Source of the DNA: Desulfuromonadaceae bacterium | Lineage (GTDB): Bacteria > Desulfobacterota > Desulfuromonadia > Geobacterales > Pseudopelobacteraceae | Assembly: GCA_028712665.1 (NCBI GenBank) | Contig: JAQTRC010000003.1 | Location: 12,927-76,926, forward strand | Length of the DNA: 64,000 nt | Reading direction: 5' to 3' | In this document: positions 1 to 11,704 of the stretch, in pieces | Layout of the letters: each line of letters opens with the position of its first letter | Position numbering within the stretch: position 1 is the stretch's first letter | The notes under the pieces: generated by a model | The model's input: only the letters and a program-made list of their open reading frames with translations | What the model was told of the DNA's origin: nothing | Databases searched by the model: none | Translations under genes and position numbers: made by a program

Positions 1-1796
1 TAATCTGCCGGCTGGGACAGGAAGGTCTCAAGGCATGGTATCGATACAATGCGGGACTTTATACCGCTTGCCGACATAATTTCGGCGGCTTCAACCGCCA
101 TGTGCAGTTCTGAACCGCTGGCCATTACGACAACGTCAGGCGCTCCGTCCGGGGAAACGGCGATATAACCCCCTTTGAGCGCATCTGCCGGGGTAAACGA
201 TTCGACCCTGGCTATCATAGGCAATTTTTGACGGGTCAGTATCAGGGCGGTCGGACCGCTGTACTGCAGGGCTGCCTGCCAGGCCAGAGCGGTTTCTATC
301 CCGTCGGCAGGTCGGATCACCTGCAGCCCCGGAATCAAACGGAGAGAGGCAACATGCTCTACCGGTTGATGCGTAGGTCCATCTTCACCGACAAAAAATG
401 AGTCATGAGTGAAGATGAAGATAGATTGAAGTTTCATCAGGGCCGAGAGCCGAAGTGACGGACGGCAATAATCGGAGAACACCAGGAAGGTTGCGCCGTA
501 GGGTATGAAACAACCATAAAGCGCCATGCCGTTGACGGCAGCAGCCATGGCATGTTCACGAATCCCGAAGTGCAGATTGCGGCCGCCGAAAGCTCCGGCC
601 TGAATTGAAGCAGACCCTTTGATATCGCTGTTGTTGGAGGGGGAAAGATCGGCCGAACCACCTGCAAGAGACGGAATCAGGGCTGCCGCCTTTTGCAGGA
701 CAGCACCCGACAGGGCGCGCGTTGCGCCATCTTTACCGGCCACCGCCGCCAACAGTTCTTCGGAGAGGTTCAGAGGGAGGTGTTTGTGCCACATTTCATC
801 CCACAACTTGGACTTTTCCGGGTTGGCGGCATGCCAGACCGCAAAACCACGCTGCCAGGAAGAATAGTTCTGTTTCAATTCATCAATCCGCAACTGGCAG
901 GCATCACGCACATCGTTCGGAATTTCAAAGAGGCCGTGCTGCCACCCAAGATTGGCCCTGGTAGCCGCGATTTCGTCCTTTCCGAGCGGCGAGCCGTGTG
1001 CACCGGAAGAATCCTGACATTTGGGACTGCCGAAGGCTATATGGGTTGTGGCTATGATTATCGAAGGGCGCCCCTTATCCGCTTTGGCGGCGGCAATGGC
1101 GGCTATGATCTGCTCGTAATTGTGGCCATCGATCTCCTGAACCTGCCAGCCGCAAGCTCCAAATCGCCCGGCAATATTCTCCGACCAGGCCAGATCGGTC
1201 TTACCCTCAATCGTAATTCTGTTGCTGTCGTATATATACACCAGATTTCCCAGTTTCAAATGCCCGGCCAGCGCAGCCGCCTCGTAGCTGATACCCTCCT
1301 GCAGATCGCCATCACCCACCAGGGCATAGACCATGTGGTTGATCGGACTGAAATCGGCGGTGTTGAAGCGTTCTCCAGCCATTTTTGAGGCAATAGCCAT
1401 CCCTACGCCATTGGCAAAACCTTGCCCCAGCGGCCCGGTCGTCACCTCAACGCCAACGGTGTGACCAAACTCCGGATGTCCCGGCGTTTTACTGCCCCAC
1501 TGCCGAAAATTTTTCAGTTCGTCGAGCGTGAGATCATAGCCGAACAGGTGTAGCAGCGAATAGAGCAGCATCGAGCCATGGCCGGCCGAAAGTATGAAAC
1601 GGTCGCGATTGGGCCACTCCGGATCTTCCGGATTAAAGGAAAGAAAATTGCCCCAGAGAGCAAAGGCGCAATCTGCCGCACCCATCGGGAGGCCCGGATG
1701 GCCGGAATTGGCCTTTTCAACGCCGTCGACAGATAGGAAACGGATGGCATCGGCACATTGCCGGGCCTTGTCGGATGAAATCATGATGTGGTGCAT
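1..1796 (-). CDS. tkt: transketolase, first ~598 codons (3' end runs off the window edge; not in ORF track)
   Basis: Reverse translation from the ATG at 1796 gives [39 protein letters not shown], the canonical transketolase N-terminus. Further in are GDGDLQEG and other TPP-binding motifs. The frame stays open to position 1. Confidence 0.9.
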   Translation of the reverse strand, partial: MHHIMISSDKARQCADAIRFLSVDGVEKANSGHPGLPMGAADCAFALWGNFLSFNPEDPEWPNRDRFILSAGHGSMLLYSLLHLFGYDLTLDELKNFRQWGSKTPGHPEFGHTVGVEVTTGPLGQGFANGVGMAIASKMAGERFNTADFSPINHMVYALVGDGDLQEGISYEAAALAGHLKLGNLVYIYDSNRITIEGKTDLAWSENIAGRFGACGWQVQEIDGHNYEQIIAAIAAAKADKGRPSIIIATTHIAFGSPKCQDSSGAHGSPLGKDEIAATRANLGWQHGLFEIPNDVRDACQLRIDELKQNYSSWQRGFAVWHAANPEKSKLWDEMWHKHLPLNLSEELLAAVAGKDGATRALSGAVLQKAAALIPSLAGGSADLSPSNNSDIKGSASIQAGAFGGRNLHFGIREHAMAAAVNGMALYGCFIPYGATFLVFSDYCRPSLRLSALMKLQSIFIFTHDSFFVGEDGPTHQPVEHVASLRLIPGLQVIRPADGIETALAWQAALQYSGPTALILTRQKLPMIARVESFTPADALKGGYIAVSPDGAPDVVVMASGSELHMAVEAAEIMSASGIKSRIVSIPCLETFLSQPAD

Positions 1797-1826
1797 TTAA
1801 TTCTTCCTTTCAGATAAGCTAAGATT

Positions 1827-2882
1827 TTATATAAAGTGATTAAAACCCTGAATTTGTACATCGCATGGGCTACCATCCCCATTGACACCCTTCACTCCCG
1901 GCAAGTTTGTTACTATACCAACAGAGGCCGCCTCAATGCCACATTTTTTCATGAAGGCGACAATTATTTCATGGTTCGCTTTCGGGGCTGTATAACAGAG
2001 TTCGTAATCTTCACCTCCGGAAAGCGCCAGAATGCTGGAATCGATGCTGAGGCTTGGAGCAAGTGAACGGAATTGGCTGGAAAGCGGAAGATCGGCGAGA
2101 CGTATGACCCCTCCGACGCCCGATTGTTCGGCGATATGGCCAAAATCGGCCAGAAGCCCGTCACTGATGTCGATCATGGCTGTCACAAGGCCGGACTCGG
2201 CAAGGGCCAGACCGGCGGAGCGGCGAGGTGTCGGGTCGAGCAGGCGGGATACGAGATACTCTCTCCCTTCGATTTTGGTCAGGGAACTTTCCGGTGGCTG
2301 AGTCGAGTCGAAACCATTCTCCATCAACTTCAATCCAAGCGCCGCATCACCCAAAGTGCCGGTAACCCATATTTCATCATCTGGAAACGCGCCGGAGCGG
2401 CGCAGGATAAGGTCAGGAAACTGTTCCCCGATGATCGTAACCGAGACGGCAAGGCCGTTCCGCGACGCGCAGGTGTCTCCACCGATCAGGCTGACCCCAT
2501 GTTCGGCAGCCATGGAGAGGAAACCGCGGGTAAAGTTATCCAGGAAATCGAGAGAAAGGTCGGCTGGAATTGCCAGAGAGAGTGTCGCCCAGCGGGGGAT
2601 GCCGCCCATGGCGGCAATGTCCGAAATATTGACCGCCAGTGATTTGCGCCCCAGACGATACGGATCATGCCAGGCATGGCGGAAATGCACGTCCTCCAGA
2701 AGCATGTCGGTGGAGGTTAAAAGCTGCATGCCGGGTGAAGGAACCGTTACCGCGGCATCGTCGCCTATGCCGGTGATGACGCCTGCACCCTGTCTAGATG
2801 CGGATGCAATTCGGGATATAAAACCGAATTCACCGATGGCGGAGAGTTTTTTAAATGGCTGTTCTTCAAGTGATATTGGCAT
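1827..2882 (-). CDS. thiL: thiamine-monophosphate kinase
   Basis: 351 aa. AIR-synthase-like fold motifs GIGDDAAV and LAVNISDIAAMGG are typical of ThiL. Confidence 0.85.
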   Translation of the reverse strand: MPISLEEQPFKKLSAIGEFGFISRIASASRQGAGVITGIGDDAAVTVPSPGMQLLTSTDMLLEDVHFRHAWHDPYRLGRKSLAVNISDIAAMGGIPRWATLSLAIPADLSLDFLDNFTRGFLSMAAEHGVSLIGGDTCASRNGLAVSVTIIGEQFPDLILRRSGAFPDDEIWVTGTLGDAALGLKLMENGFDSTQPPESSLTKIEGREYLVSRLLDPTPRRSAGLALAESGLVTAMIDISDGLLADFGHIAEQSGVGGVIRLADLPLSSQFRSLAPSLSIDSSILALSGGEDYELCYTAPKANHEIIVAFMKKCGIEAASVGIVTNLPGVKGVNGDGSPCDVQIQGFNHFI

Positions 2883-2954
2883 GTTATTTTGGAAAATCCA
2901 TTTTAATCATGATACCGTAACATTGTCCCTTTATCACTTATGTTTTCCCGACCG

Positions 2955-5426
2955 CTACCCTCGCACCCCTGCCGGGATCCCCTTGCCGGGACGCTGTTGT
3001 ATTTTAGGGTTGGAGAGAGTGGTGCGAGACTTTTTCGGCTGTTCCCTGGGAACCTTCGGAGCTGGTGGCGGGAACTTTTCCAGGGCCAGCCTGAGAGCCT
3101 CTCCAACCTCGGAAACCGGCACTATTTTAACCTTCTTCAGAATTTCCGGCGGAATATCCTCCAGGTCCTTCCTGTTCTGTTCGGGAATAATTACCAGCCG
3201 CATCCGGGAACGGACGGCAGCCAGTATCTTTTCCTTTAACCCCCCTATCGGGAGTACCTTGCCGCGCAGCGTCACTTCTCCGGTCATTGCGACATCTTTT
3301 CTTACCGGGATACGGCAGAGGATCGAAACCAGAGCCGTCGTCATGGCAACGCCTGCAGAGGGTCCATCCTTTGGTATTGCACCGGCCGGAACATGAACAT
3401 GAATCTCATTATCCTTGAAGATGTCCGGTTTCAGATTCATGGTATCGGCATGGGCCCTGATAAACGATAGAGCCGCCTGTACCGATTCCTTCATTACATC
3501 GCCCAGTTGACCGGTCAGAGTCAGCCCGGCCTTGCCGCTCATCAGAGTGGCCTCGATATGCAGAATTTCGCCTCCAACCGGGGTCCAGGCCAGGCCGTTT
3601 ACGACTCCGATCTCGTTCTTGTCCAGATCTTCCTCGCGCACGAACTTGGGGGCGCCCAGGTAGTTATGCAAGGTTTTGGCGGTTACCTTTACGAGACGCT
3701 GGTTACCCTCTGCCACCTTGCGTGCTACCTTGCGGCATACTTTGCCTATCTCCCGTTCCAGGTTACGCAACCCGGCCTCGCGGGTGTACTTGCCGATTAT
3801 ATCGCTGATAGATTCATCGTCAAAGCAGATATGTTTGGGTTTGAGACCGTTTTCTTTCGTCTGGCGCGGCACCAGATAACGCTTGGCGATCTCAAGTTTC
3901 TCCTCCTCGGTGTAGCCGGCCAGATTTATGACCTCCATACGGTCGCGCAGGGCGGACGGGATCGGGTCAATCTGATTGGCGGTAGCAACGAACATTACAT
4001 TTGCAAGGCTGAAGGGCTGGTTGATGTAATGGTCGGAGAAAGAGTGATTCTGCTCCGGGTCGAGTACCTCCAGAAGCGCCGAAGAGGGATCCCCCTTGTA
4101 GTCGTAGCCTAGTTTGTCCAGCTCATCCAGCATGAAAACGGGGTTGTTTGCTCCGGCCTGCTTCATCCCCTGCAGTATGCGCCCCGGCAGGGCGCCGATG
4201 TAGGTGCGGCGATGGCCGCGAATCTCCGCCTCGTCACGGACACCCCCAAGAGAAATACGCACAAACTTGCGATTCATGGCGCGAGCGATAGATTTGCCCA
4301 AGGATGTTTTACCAACACCCGGCGGCCCGACAAAGCAGAGAATCGGACCTTTCATCTTCTTTTTAAGCTTTCGCACCGCCAGAAATTCCAGGATGCGTTC
4401 CTTTATTTTGTCCAGATAGAAGTGGTCATCGTCCAGAATTTGTTTGGCGCGGACAATGTCTAGACTGTCACGGGTCGACTTGCTCCAGGGAAGCTCCACC
4501 ATCCAGTCCAGATAGGTGCGTATGATCCCCGCTTCACCGGCATCCGGATGCATGTTTTCGAGGCGGCCCAGCTGTTTAAGCGCCTCTTTCTGTACCGTTT
4601 CCGGCATCTTGGCCGCTTCGATGGCCTTCCTTATTTCGGCCATTTCCTCTTTGCCTTCATTATCTCCCAGTTCACTCTGAATGGCCTTCATCTGCTCGCG
4701 AAGGTAGTATTCCTTATGGTTTTTACCCATCTCCTCGCGGGCCGCGTTCTGAATTTTTACCTGTACGCTTAAAAGTTCCACTTCGCGGTTCAAAAACTCA
4801 TTGACCTTGGTCAGACGCACGATCGGATCGTTGATTTCAAGCAGCAGTTGGGCGTCGGCAACTTTAAGACCCAGATTGCTGGAGATCAGATCGGCCATGC
4901 TGCCAGGGTCCTGGATATTCTCAAGAATAACCATGACTTCGGGAGAAACCTGCTTTCCAAGTTCCACCACCTTGGCCAGCTGCTCGCGCACGGTGCGAAC
5001 CAGCGCCTCGATTTCCAGGGAAATATCCCCCATAGGGGTATCATACTGCCGCTCGGAACGAACCAGATAAAACGGACTGTCGGAGACATACTCCGTGATA
5101 CGGGCTTTGGCCAATCCCTGTACAAGTATCTTTACCCGCCCATCCGGCAATTTGAGCATCCGCATGATCATCGCAACCGTGCCAAATTCATATATCTTTT
5201 CTGGAGGCGGATCCTCATCGCCGATATCGTGCTGGGTTGCGAGCAGTATCATCCGGTCGCCGGCCAGGGCGCTGTCAACCGCCTTGACCGACATCTCGCG
5301 CCCGACGAATAGAGGAATGATCATGAAAGGGTAGACAACCACATCCCTGATCGGTAAAAGTGGCAGCAGCTCTGGAATTTTCAGTTCTTCCGTACTCTGT
5401 TCGGTATCGTTCTCAATCTCGCTCAA
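2955..5426 (-). CDS. lon: ATP-dependent Lon protease
   Basis: 823 aa. Contains a LON N-domain, Walker A GPPGVGKTS and the C-terminal protease motif PKDGPSAG. Confidence 0.97.
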   Translation of the reverse strand: MSEIENDTEQSTEELKIPELLPLLPIRDVVVYPFMIIPLFVGREMSVKAVDSALAGDRMILLATQHDIGDEDPPPEKIYEFGTVAMIMRMLKLPDGRVKILVQGLAKARITEYVSDSPFYLVRSERQYDTPMGDISLEIEALVRTVREQLAKVVELGKQVSPEVMVILENIQDPGSMADLISSNLGLKVADAQLLLEINDPIVRLTKVNEFLNREVELLSVQVKIQNAAREEMGKNHKEYYLREQMKAIQSELGDNEGKEEMAEIRKAIEAAKMPETVQKEALKQLGRLENMHPDAGEAGIIRTYLDWMVELPWSKSTRDSLDIVRAKQILDDDHFYLDKIKERILEFLAVRKLKKKMKGPILCFVGPPGVGKTSLGKSIARAMNRKFVRISLGGVRDEAEIRGHRRTYIGALPGRILQGMKQAGANNPVFMLDELDKLGYDYKGDPSSALLEVLDPEQNHSFSDHYINQPFSLANVMFVATANQIDPIPSALRDRMEVINLAGYTEEEKLEIAKRYLVPRQTKENGLKPKHICFDDESISDIIGKYTREAGLRNLEREIGKVCRKVARKVAEGNQRLVKVTAKTLHNYLGAPKFVREEDLDKNEIGVVNGLAWTPVGGEILHIEATLMSGKAGLTLTGQLGDVMKESVQAALSFIRAHADTMNLKPDIFKDNEIHVHVPAGAIPKDGPSAGVAMTTALVSILCRIPVRKDVAMTGEVTLRGKVLPIGGLKEKILAAVRSRMRLVIIPEQNRKDLEDIPPEILKKVKIVPVSEVGEALRLALEKFPPPAPKVPREQPKKSRTTLSNPKIQQRPGKGIPAGVRG

Positions 5427-5857
5427 TCTGCAATCTCCTTTATAGACACCAGTCTTTCACCGCACTTGGGACATACCACCCGCAACACCCCCAGGCGGTA
5501 TTCCGCCGTGATAGCAGCCGGTTCAACATTTACAGGGATAAGTACCGCATGGTGAAAACTGCCGTAGCTTCGTTCTACACAGATAAACTTGCCGTTGTTC
5601 TGCTCTCTCGGCCTATGAGCTTCCAGCACCAAAGTCAGTCCGCACATTTTGAGTGAAATGCTCTCCAAGACAAACCCGGGGAGGTCGAACTCGATGATGA
5701 TCTCACTGCAGGTTTCATACATGTCCATCTTCGGACGGTTTTCATCCTCTTCAAAGATGTCCCGCAGCTCAAGTGCTTGTAGCAGGTTTCGCATTTCGCC
5801 AATATGACGGCTGAAAATTTCCTGTTGAAACGGCTTTCTGCCACTGAATCTGGGCAT
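5423..5857 (-). CDS. Hsp20/alpha-crystallin family small heat-shock protein
   Basis: 144 aa with an alpha-crystallin-like core (DMYETCSEIIIEFDLPGF ... AEYRLGVLRV). Its stop overlaps the lon start by 4 nt. Confidence 0.7.
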   Translation of the reverse strand: MPRFSGRKPFQQEIFSRHIGEMRNLLQALELRDIFEEDENRPKMDMYETCSEIIIEFDLPGFVLESISLKMCGLTLVLEAHRPREQNNGKFICVERSYGSFHHAVLIPVNVEPAAITAEYRLGVLRVVCPKCGERLVSIKEIAD

Positions 5858-5933
5858 GGGGGCACCTGTAATGTAAAGGTAGTGAAGCCTTTAGTGTAAA
5901 ACCAATTTAGTCTCCATACATAAAACCAATAAG

Positions 5934-5962
5934 AAAGTAAACATTCCATCCGGCAAAGTCAA
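5934..5962 (-). promoter_or_regulatory. candidate sigma70 promoter for hsp20-lon
   Basis: The minus strand reads TTGACT, 17 nt, TACTTT, about 75 nt upstream of the hsp20 ATG. Confidence 0.35.
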
Positions 5963-6094
5963 GGGAGGCAATTTGCTTAATTTCGACATCAATGCGAATC
6001 AATTTAAAATTGACATTGACCATCCTATGCAATAGATAGGATGATTCAGATTCATGCAATTTGGGTTTACCAACCGGGAAACGGGGTACCAGCC

Positions 6095-8002
6095 ATGGAA
6101 AAATGGACCATCAGCGAATCCGCAAAGATATACAACATAGACAACTGGGGCTCGGATCTCTTCTCTATCAATAAAAAAGGGAATATCTGCGTCCACCCCT
6201 CGTCCAACTCCAAGCAATCCATCGACCTGCGCGATCTGGTGAACGACCTTATCAAGCGCAAGATTAAACCTCCAATTCTGCTCCGATTCATGGACATACT
6301 TCAGGGGCGTATCGCCTCCATAAACCGCGTCTTTAAAAACGCCATCCAGGATAACGACTACCCGGCCAAATATCAGACCTTCTATCCGATCAAGGTAAAT
6401 CAGCAGCGGCAGGTGGTCGAAGCCATCGCGGGTTACGGCAAACGTTACAATATCGGGCTTGAAGTCGGATCTAAACCGGAGCTGGTGGCCGCCATCTCTA
6501 TCTCCACCGGCAATGGCCTCCCGATCATATGCAACGGCTACAAGGACGCCGAGTACATCGAGACCGTGCTCTTCGCCACCAAAATCGGCTATGACATAAC
6601 CCTTGTGGTGGAGAAGCTCTTCGAGCTTGAAAAGATCGTGGAACTCTCCAAAAAAACCGGTATCCAGCCCAAGCTGGGCATCCGGGTCAAGCTCTCCTCC
6701 AAGGGTACAGGTAAATGGGCCACCTCCGGCGGAGAAGACGCCAAGTTCGGACTCCGCATGTCGGAGATCATCGCCGCCATCCGCATACTGGACGAGCAGG
6801 GAATGCTCGGATGCGTCAAGCTGCTGCACTCCCACATCGGCAGCCAGATAACCAAGATAGACAAGATCAAGACCGCCCTGATAGAGGTCACCCGTATCTA
6901 CACCGAGATGAAGAAGCTGGGGGTCGGGATCGAATTTCTGGATATCGGAGGGGGACTGGGGGTCGATTACGACGGTTCCAAATCGAGCTATTTTTCCAGC
7001 GTCAACTACACTATAGAAGAATACGCCAATGACGTTATCTACCAGATCAAGAACATCTGTGATGAGGCCGGCGTGGAATGTCCCAACATAATTTCCGAGT
7101 CGGGACGGGCAACCGTCGCGCACTACTCGGTTCTGGTAACCAATGTCCTGAACACAAACACCCAGAATCTGATGCCGGACTTCGAGGCGATGCTGGCCCA
7201 ATCGGAGAAGGTGGCCCCAACCGTCAAGAAGCTGATGGACATCTACAAGAGCATCGACCGCTACTCGCTGCGCGAGGACTATCACGACACTCTGCAGCTG
7301 ATCAACGAGGCGGTCAGCCTGTTCAACCTGGGATATCTGACCTTGAACGACCGTGCTATCGCCGAATGGCTCTACGCCAAGATCATCAAGAAGATCAACA
7401 GCATTGTGGAGAAAATCAAACCGATCCCCGAGGAGTTGCAGAACTTTCAGCTGCACCTGCGCCAGACCTATTTCGCCAATTTTTCACTCTTCCAGTCCAT
7501 ACCCGACTCCTGGGCAATAGATCAACTCTTCCCGATCATGCCACTTCAGCGGCTTAACCAGAAACCGGAAGTGATGGCCTCGATCGCAGATATCACCTGC
7601 GATTCGGACGGCGAGATCACCAGCTTCGTGGGGGAGCACGGACGCACCAAATCCCTGCCGCTGCACAAGATCAGGAAAGACGAGGATTACTACATAGGCT
7701 TCTTCCTGATCGGCGCCTACCAGGAGATCCTGGGCGACCTGCACAACCTGTTCGGCGACACCAATGCCGTCCATATCACCTTTAACAAAAAAACAGGTTA
7801 TATGATCGACACTGTGATAAACGGCGACGCCACCTGGGAGACCCTGAAATACGTCCAGTACAAAGGGCCGGAAATTCTGAAGCATGTCCGCGACAACCTG
7901 GAAAAGAGCGTGGCTTCGCGGAAGATCTCCATTGAGGAGAGCAGCCACTTCATCGAGCTGCTGGATAAGACACTGCTTGGCTATACCTATCTGGGGGAGT
8001 AA
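6095..8002 (+). CDS. speA: biosynthetic arginine decarboxylase
   Basis: The ORF track starts at 6041. The ATG at 6095 gives MEKWTISESAKIYNIDNWG, the typical SpeA N-terminus. PLP-dependent Orn/Arg decarboxylase motifs run throughout. Confidence 0.93.
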   Translation: MEKWTISESAKIYNIDNWGSDLFSINKKGNICVHPSSNSKQSIDLRDLVNDLIKRKIKPPILLRFMDILQGRIASINRVFKNAIQDNDYPAKYQTFYPIKVNQQRQVVEAIAGYGKRYNIGLEVGSKPELVAAISISTGNGLPIICNGYKDAEYIETVLFATKIGYDITLVVEKLFELEKIVELSKKTGIQPKLGIRVKLSSKGTGKWATSGGEDAKFGLRMSEIIAAIRILDEQGMLGCVKLLHSHIGSQITKIDKIKTALIEVTRIYTEMKKLGVGIEFLDIGGGLGVDYDGSKSSYFSSVNYTIEEYANDVIYQIKNICDEAGVECPNIISESGRATVAHYSVLVTNVLNTNTQNLMPDFEAMLAQSEKVAPTVKKLMDIYKSIDRYSLREDYHDTLQLINEAVSLFNLGYLTLNDRAIAEWLYAKIIKKINSIVEKIKPIPEELQNFQLHLRQTYFANFSLFQSIPDSWAIDQLFPIMPLQRLNQKPEVMASIADITCDSDGEITSFVGEHGRTKSLPLHKIRKDEDYYIGFFLIGAYQEILGDLHNLFGDTNAVHITFNKKTGYMIDTVINGDATWETLKYVQYKGPEILKHVRDNLEKSVASRKISIEESSHFIELLDKTLLGYTYLGE

Positions 8003-8143
8003 AACTCCGGTCGTCGCAATCCTTCCGGCAGGTTTTGCACCAAGCGCAAAGCACAGCTCAGCACCAGGCATTCAAACTCTGTCTGTTCAATACCCCTGTC
8101 TTGCCCGTTTTTTTTCGGCATCAGCACCTGATTTTGCAGGAAC

Positions 8144-8824
8144 CTAACGCAGGAATCGTACCACCCCCACCAAATAGGCGAAACGCTGGTCGGGACTGCT
8201 CCAGATGGAAAGCGCCGTATTGCCGTACTTTGAATTCAAGGCCTTTTGGGGATACCAGGGGTCCTGCTGTACGGTGACCGGAAATACCGGTGAATGCTTG
8301 GCAACTTCGGGCATGAACCAGTTAAGATTCTCTCCTGGATCATAGACTTTCCATGCCATCTGGTCAGACTTGAAAACCACCTGCCCGTTGATATCAACCG
8401 CAATCAGCATAAACCCGAAACTCCCTCCGCGACGACCGCCGACGGTGAAAACATCCCCCTGCCGCAAGACCGCAGAAGCAGAAAACGCGGGGAGTGGCGC
8501 CTCATCGCCACGGCTTTTGAAGGATGGTTCGTAGCGGCGTAAAGGGCGTCCGTTCAAATACAGATCGGCATCGTCCGCCATATGCCAGTAAATGGTGACC
8601 GGCATGCCGGGACCGGAGAGGGTGGCCGGCATGGCGCCGTCGCTACCGCCGATCTCGATATTTTTAATGTAACCAGGATCTTGCTGCAACTGCATGGACT
8701 GGGTCACTCCATTCCGGTACGTCACCGTGATATCCCCCCCGTAGACGAGCGCGCTTGAAGCGGCACTGCAGATTGCAAGGCAAAATAGTGACAGATACAT
8801 CTTCAGACGGCTGAAAAATAGCAT
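8144..8824 (-). CDS. hypothetical secreted protein
   Basis: 226 aa with an N-terminal signal peptide (LSLFCLAICSAASSALVYG). I recognise no family. Confidence 0.6.
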   Translation of the reverse strand: MLFFSRLKMYLSLFCLAICSAASSALVYGGDITVTYRNGVTQSMQLQQDPGYIKNIEIGGSDGAMPATLSGPGMPVTIYWHMADDADLYLNGRPLRRYEPSFKSRGDEAPLPAFSASAVLRQGDVFTVGGRRGGSFGFMLIAVDINGQVVFKSDQMAWKVYDPGENLNWFMPEVAKHSPVFPVTVQQDPWYPQKALNSKYGNTALSIWSSPDQRFAYLVGVVRFLR

Positions 8825-9022
8825 GATGACCTCCCTGTAACAGGATTAACTCCAGTAGCAATGATAGCAGGTTAACATAATTTTGCAACGTACCCGACCC
8901 GGACTGCATCTCCCCCGGAGTATCGCGGTACATTCTCAAATCAATGTCAGCGGCGCCCCAATTCTTGCGCTGCCGGCATGACTGTGCTATATGAAAGCCA
9001 CACCAAACGGAAAGGTTGAGAC

Positions 9023-10219
<1,197 letters not shown>

Positions 10220-10266
10220 CAGCTCGCTATGCGAGCAGATAGAGGTTTTCGTCCGTTGCGCTCACA

Positions 10267-10312
10267 GGTTGAGTTTGAGGGTTTTTGAATCTTCTCAACC
10301 TCAACCTCAACC
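10267..10312. repeat. short-repeat hairpin (GGTTGAG-type left arm, TCAACC x3 right arm)
   Basis: GGTTGAGTTTGAGGGTT, loop, CTCAACCTCAACCTCAACC, lying between the CANSDH stop and the nspC start. Confidence 0.8.
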
Positions 10313-10328
10313 TTAAACTGAGTTAGTT

Positions 10329-11483
10329 ATGACCGGTATCGACATCCCAAAAATCCTCGAACTTGCCCCCTCCCCCGCTTACGTGGTGGATCTGGGGAGG
10401 TTGCGCCATAACCTCGCCATCCTTGACGAGGTTCAGCAGCGGAGCGGAGCAAAGATCCTGATGGCGCTGAAAGCCTTCGCCATGTGGAGCGTCTTCCCGA
10501 TCATCCGGGAAACACTGCATGGCGTCTGTGCCAGTTCCCCCTGGGAGGCGCGTCTGGGGCGGGAAGAGTTCGGGCGCGAGGTGCACAGTTTTGCCGCCGC
10601 CTTCAAGGAGAGCGACGTTGTCGAACTGCTGGGCATCTCCAATCATCTGGTATTCAACTCCTTTGGCCAGCTGGAGCGTTTCCGGCCACGATGGGAGAGG
10701 GAACGGGGACGAGTCTCCATCGGTCTGCGGGTCAACCCGGAACACTCCGAGGGAGAGACCGAGATCTACGATCCCTGCGCCGCGAATTCGCGCCTTGGAA
10801 TTCCCCGGAAAGAGTTCGAGGGACGTTCCCTGAGCGGAGTCGAGGGGCTGCACTTCCACACTCTCTGCGAGCAGCTCTTCGAGCCGCTGGAGCGGACTGC
10901 ACAGGTTTTTGAAGAGAAGTTCGGGGAATTCCTGCCGCAGATGAAATGGCTGAACCTCGGGGGTGGACACCACATAACCCGCGAAGGGTACGACATCGAT
11001 GGCCTGGTGGAACTGGTAAAGCACTTCAAGGGTAAATACGGTCTGGAACTCTATCTGGAACCGGGAGAGGCGATAGCCATAGGCACCGGCATCCTGGTCG
11101 GAGAGGTCCTGGACATAGTCAACAACAAAATGGAGATTGCCATTCTGGACGTCTCAGCCACCTGTCACATGCCGGATATTCTGGAGATGCCCTATCGGCC
11201 CGCTCTTCTGGGCGGATTCGACGCAGGCGATAAAGCTCACACCTACCGGCTGGGGGGTCCTTCCTGCCTGGCAGGGGACATCATCGGCGACTGGTCGTTT
11301 GAACAGCCGCTCCGGACCGGCGACCGCCTGGTCTTTCTAGACATGTCTCACTACACAATGGTCAAGACCACCACTTTTAACGGCATCCAGCTTCCGGCCA
11401 TATGCACCTTCGAACCGGAAACCGGAGAGCTGAAGGTGATTCGCAGCTTCGGGTATGAGGACTTTAAACAACGATTATCGTAG
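10329..11483 (+). CDS. nspC: carboxynorspermidine/carboxyspermidine decarboxylase
   Basis: 384 aa. Group IV PLP decarboxylase fold with the typical NspC N-terminus (PSPAYVVDLGRLRHN) and CHMPD motif. Confidence 0.9.
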   Translation: MTGIDIPKILELAPSPAYVVDLGRLRHNLAILDEVQQRSGAKILMALKAFAMWSVFPIIRETLHGVCASSPWEARLGREEFGREVHSFAAAFKESDVVELLGISNHLVFNSFGQLERFRPRWERERGRVSIGLRVNPEHSEGETEIYDPCAANSRLGIPRKEFEGRSLSGVEGLHFHTLCEQLFEPLERTAQVFEEKFGEFLPQMKWLNLGGGHHITREGYDIDGLVELVKHFKGKYGLELYLEPGEAIAIGTGILVGEVLDIVNNKMEIAILDVSATCHMPDILEMPYRPALLGGFDAGDKAHTYRLGGPSCLAGDIIGDWSFEQPLRTGDRLVFLDMSHYTMVKTTTFNGIQLPAICTFEPETGELKVIRSFGYEDFKQRLS

Positions 11484-11488
11484 GGGAC

Positions 11489-11704
11489 ATGATTATGGCG
11501 CTGAACACGAAAATATGGATGACGGGTGCCTTGGAGTGGGTTGCCATCATTGACGATGAAGAGGTTTATCTGGGGAAACGTGAGGTGCCGTCGCCGCTCG
11601 ATGACGGGGATTCCTGGACCAACGAGCTCGGCGATATGTTCAAGGTAATTGACGGCGAAATCAAACTGGTCGGCAAGACCGAGCCCCCCCGGAAGTTCTG
11701 GTGA
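11489..11704 (+). CDS. small hypothetical protein
   Basis: 71 aa. It starts 5 nt after the nspC stop and overlaps the priA ORF start by 4 nt. No family recognised. Confidence 0.45.
   Translation: MIMALNTKIWMTGALEWVAIIDDEEVYLGKREVPSPLDDGDSWTNELGDMFKVIDGEIKLVGKTEPPRKFW

Noticed and set aside
5998-6043. Palindromes TCAATTTAAAATTGA and CATCCTAT-N7-ATAGGATG upstream of speA, considered as possible operators.
   Set aside because: They are short and AT-rich in a promoter region, and I recognise no regulator consensus. They are noted but cannot be supported without comparative data.
5999-7456. 485-aa ORF on the minus strand opposite speA. Similar long antisense ORFs occur at 7484..8071, 8987..9652, 17300..18253, 35722..36930, 43468..44226, 45224..46081 and 60695..61525.
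   Set aside because: They lie entirely antisense to genes with unambiguous family motifs. Their translations are low-complexity (Gly/Asp/Val/Leu/His-rich) with no recognisable domains. These are shadow ORFs typical of GC-biased coding DNA.
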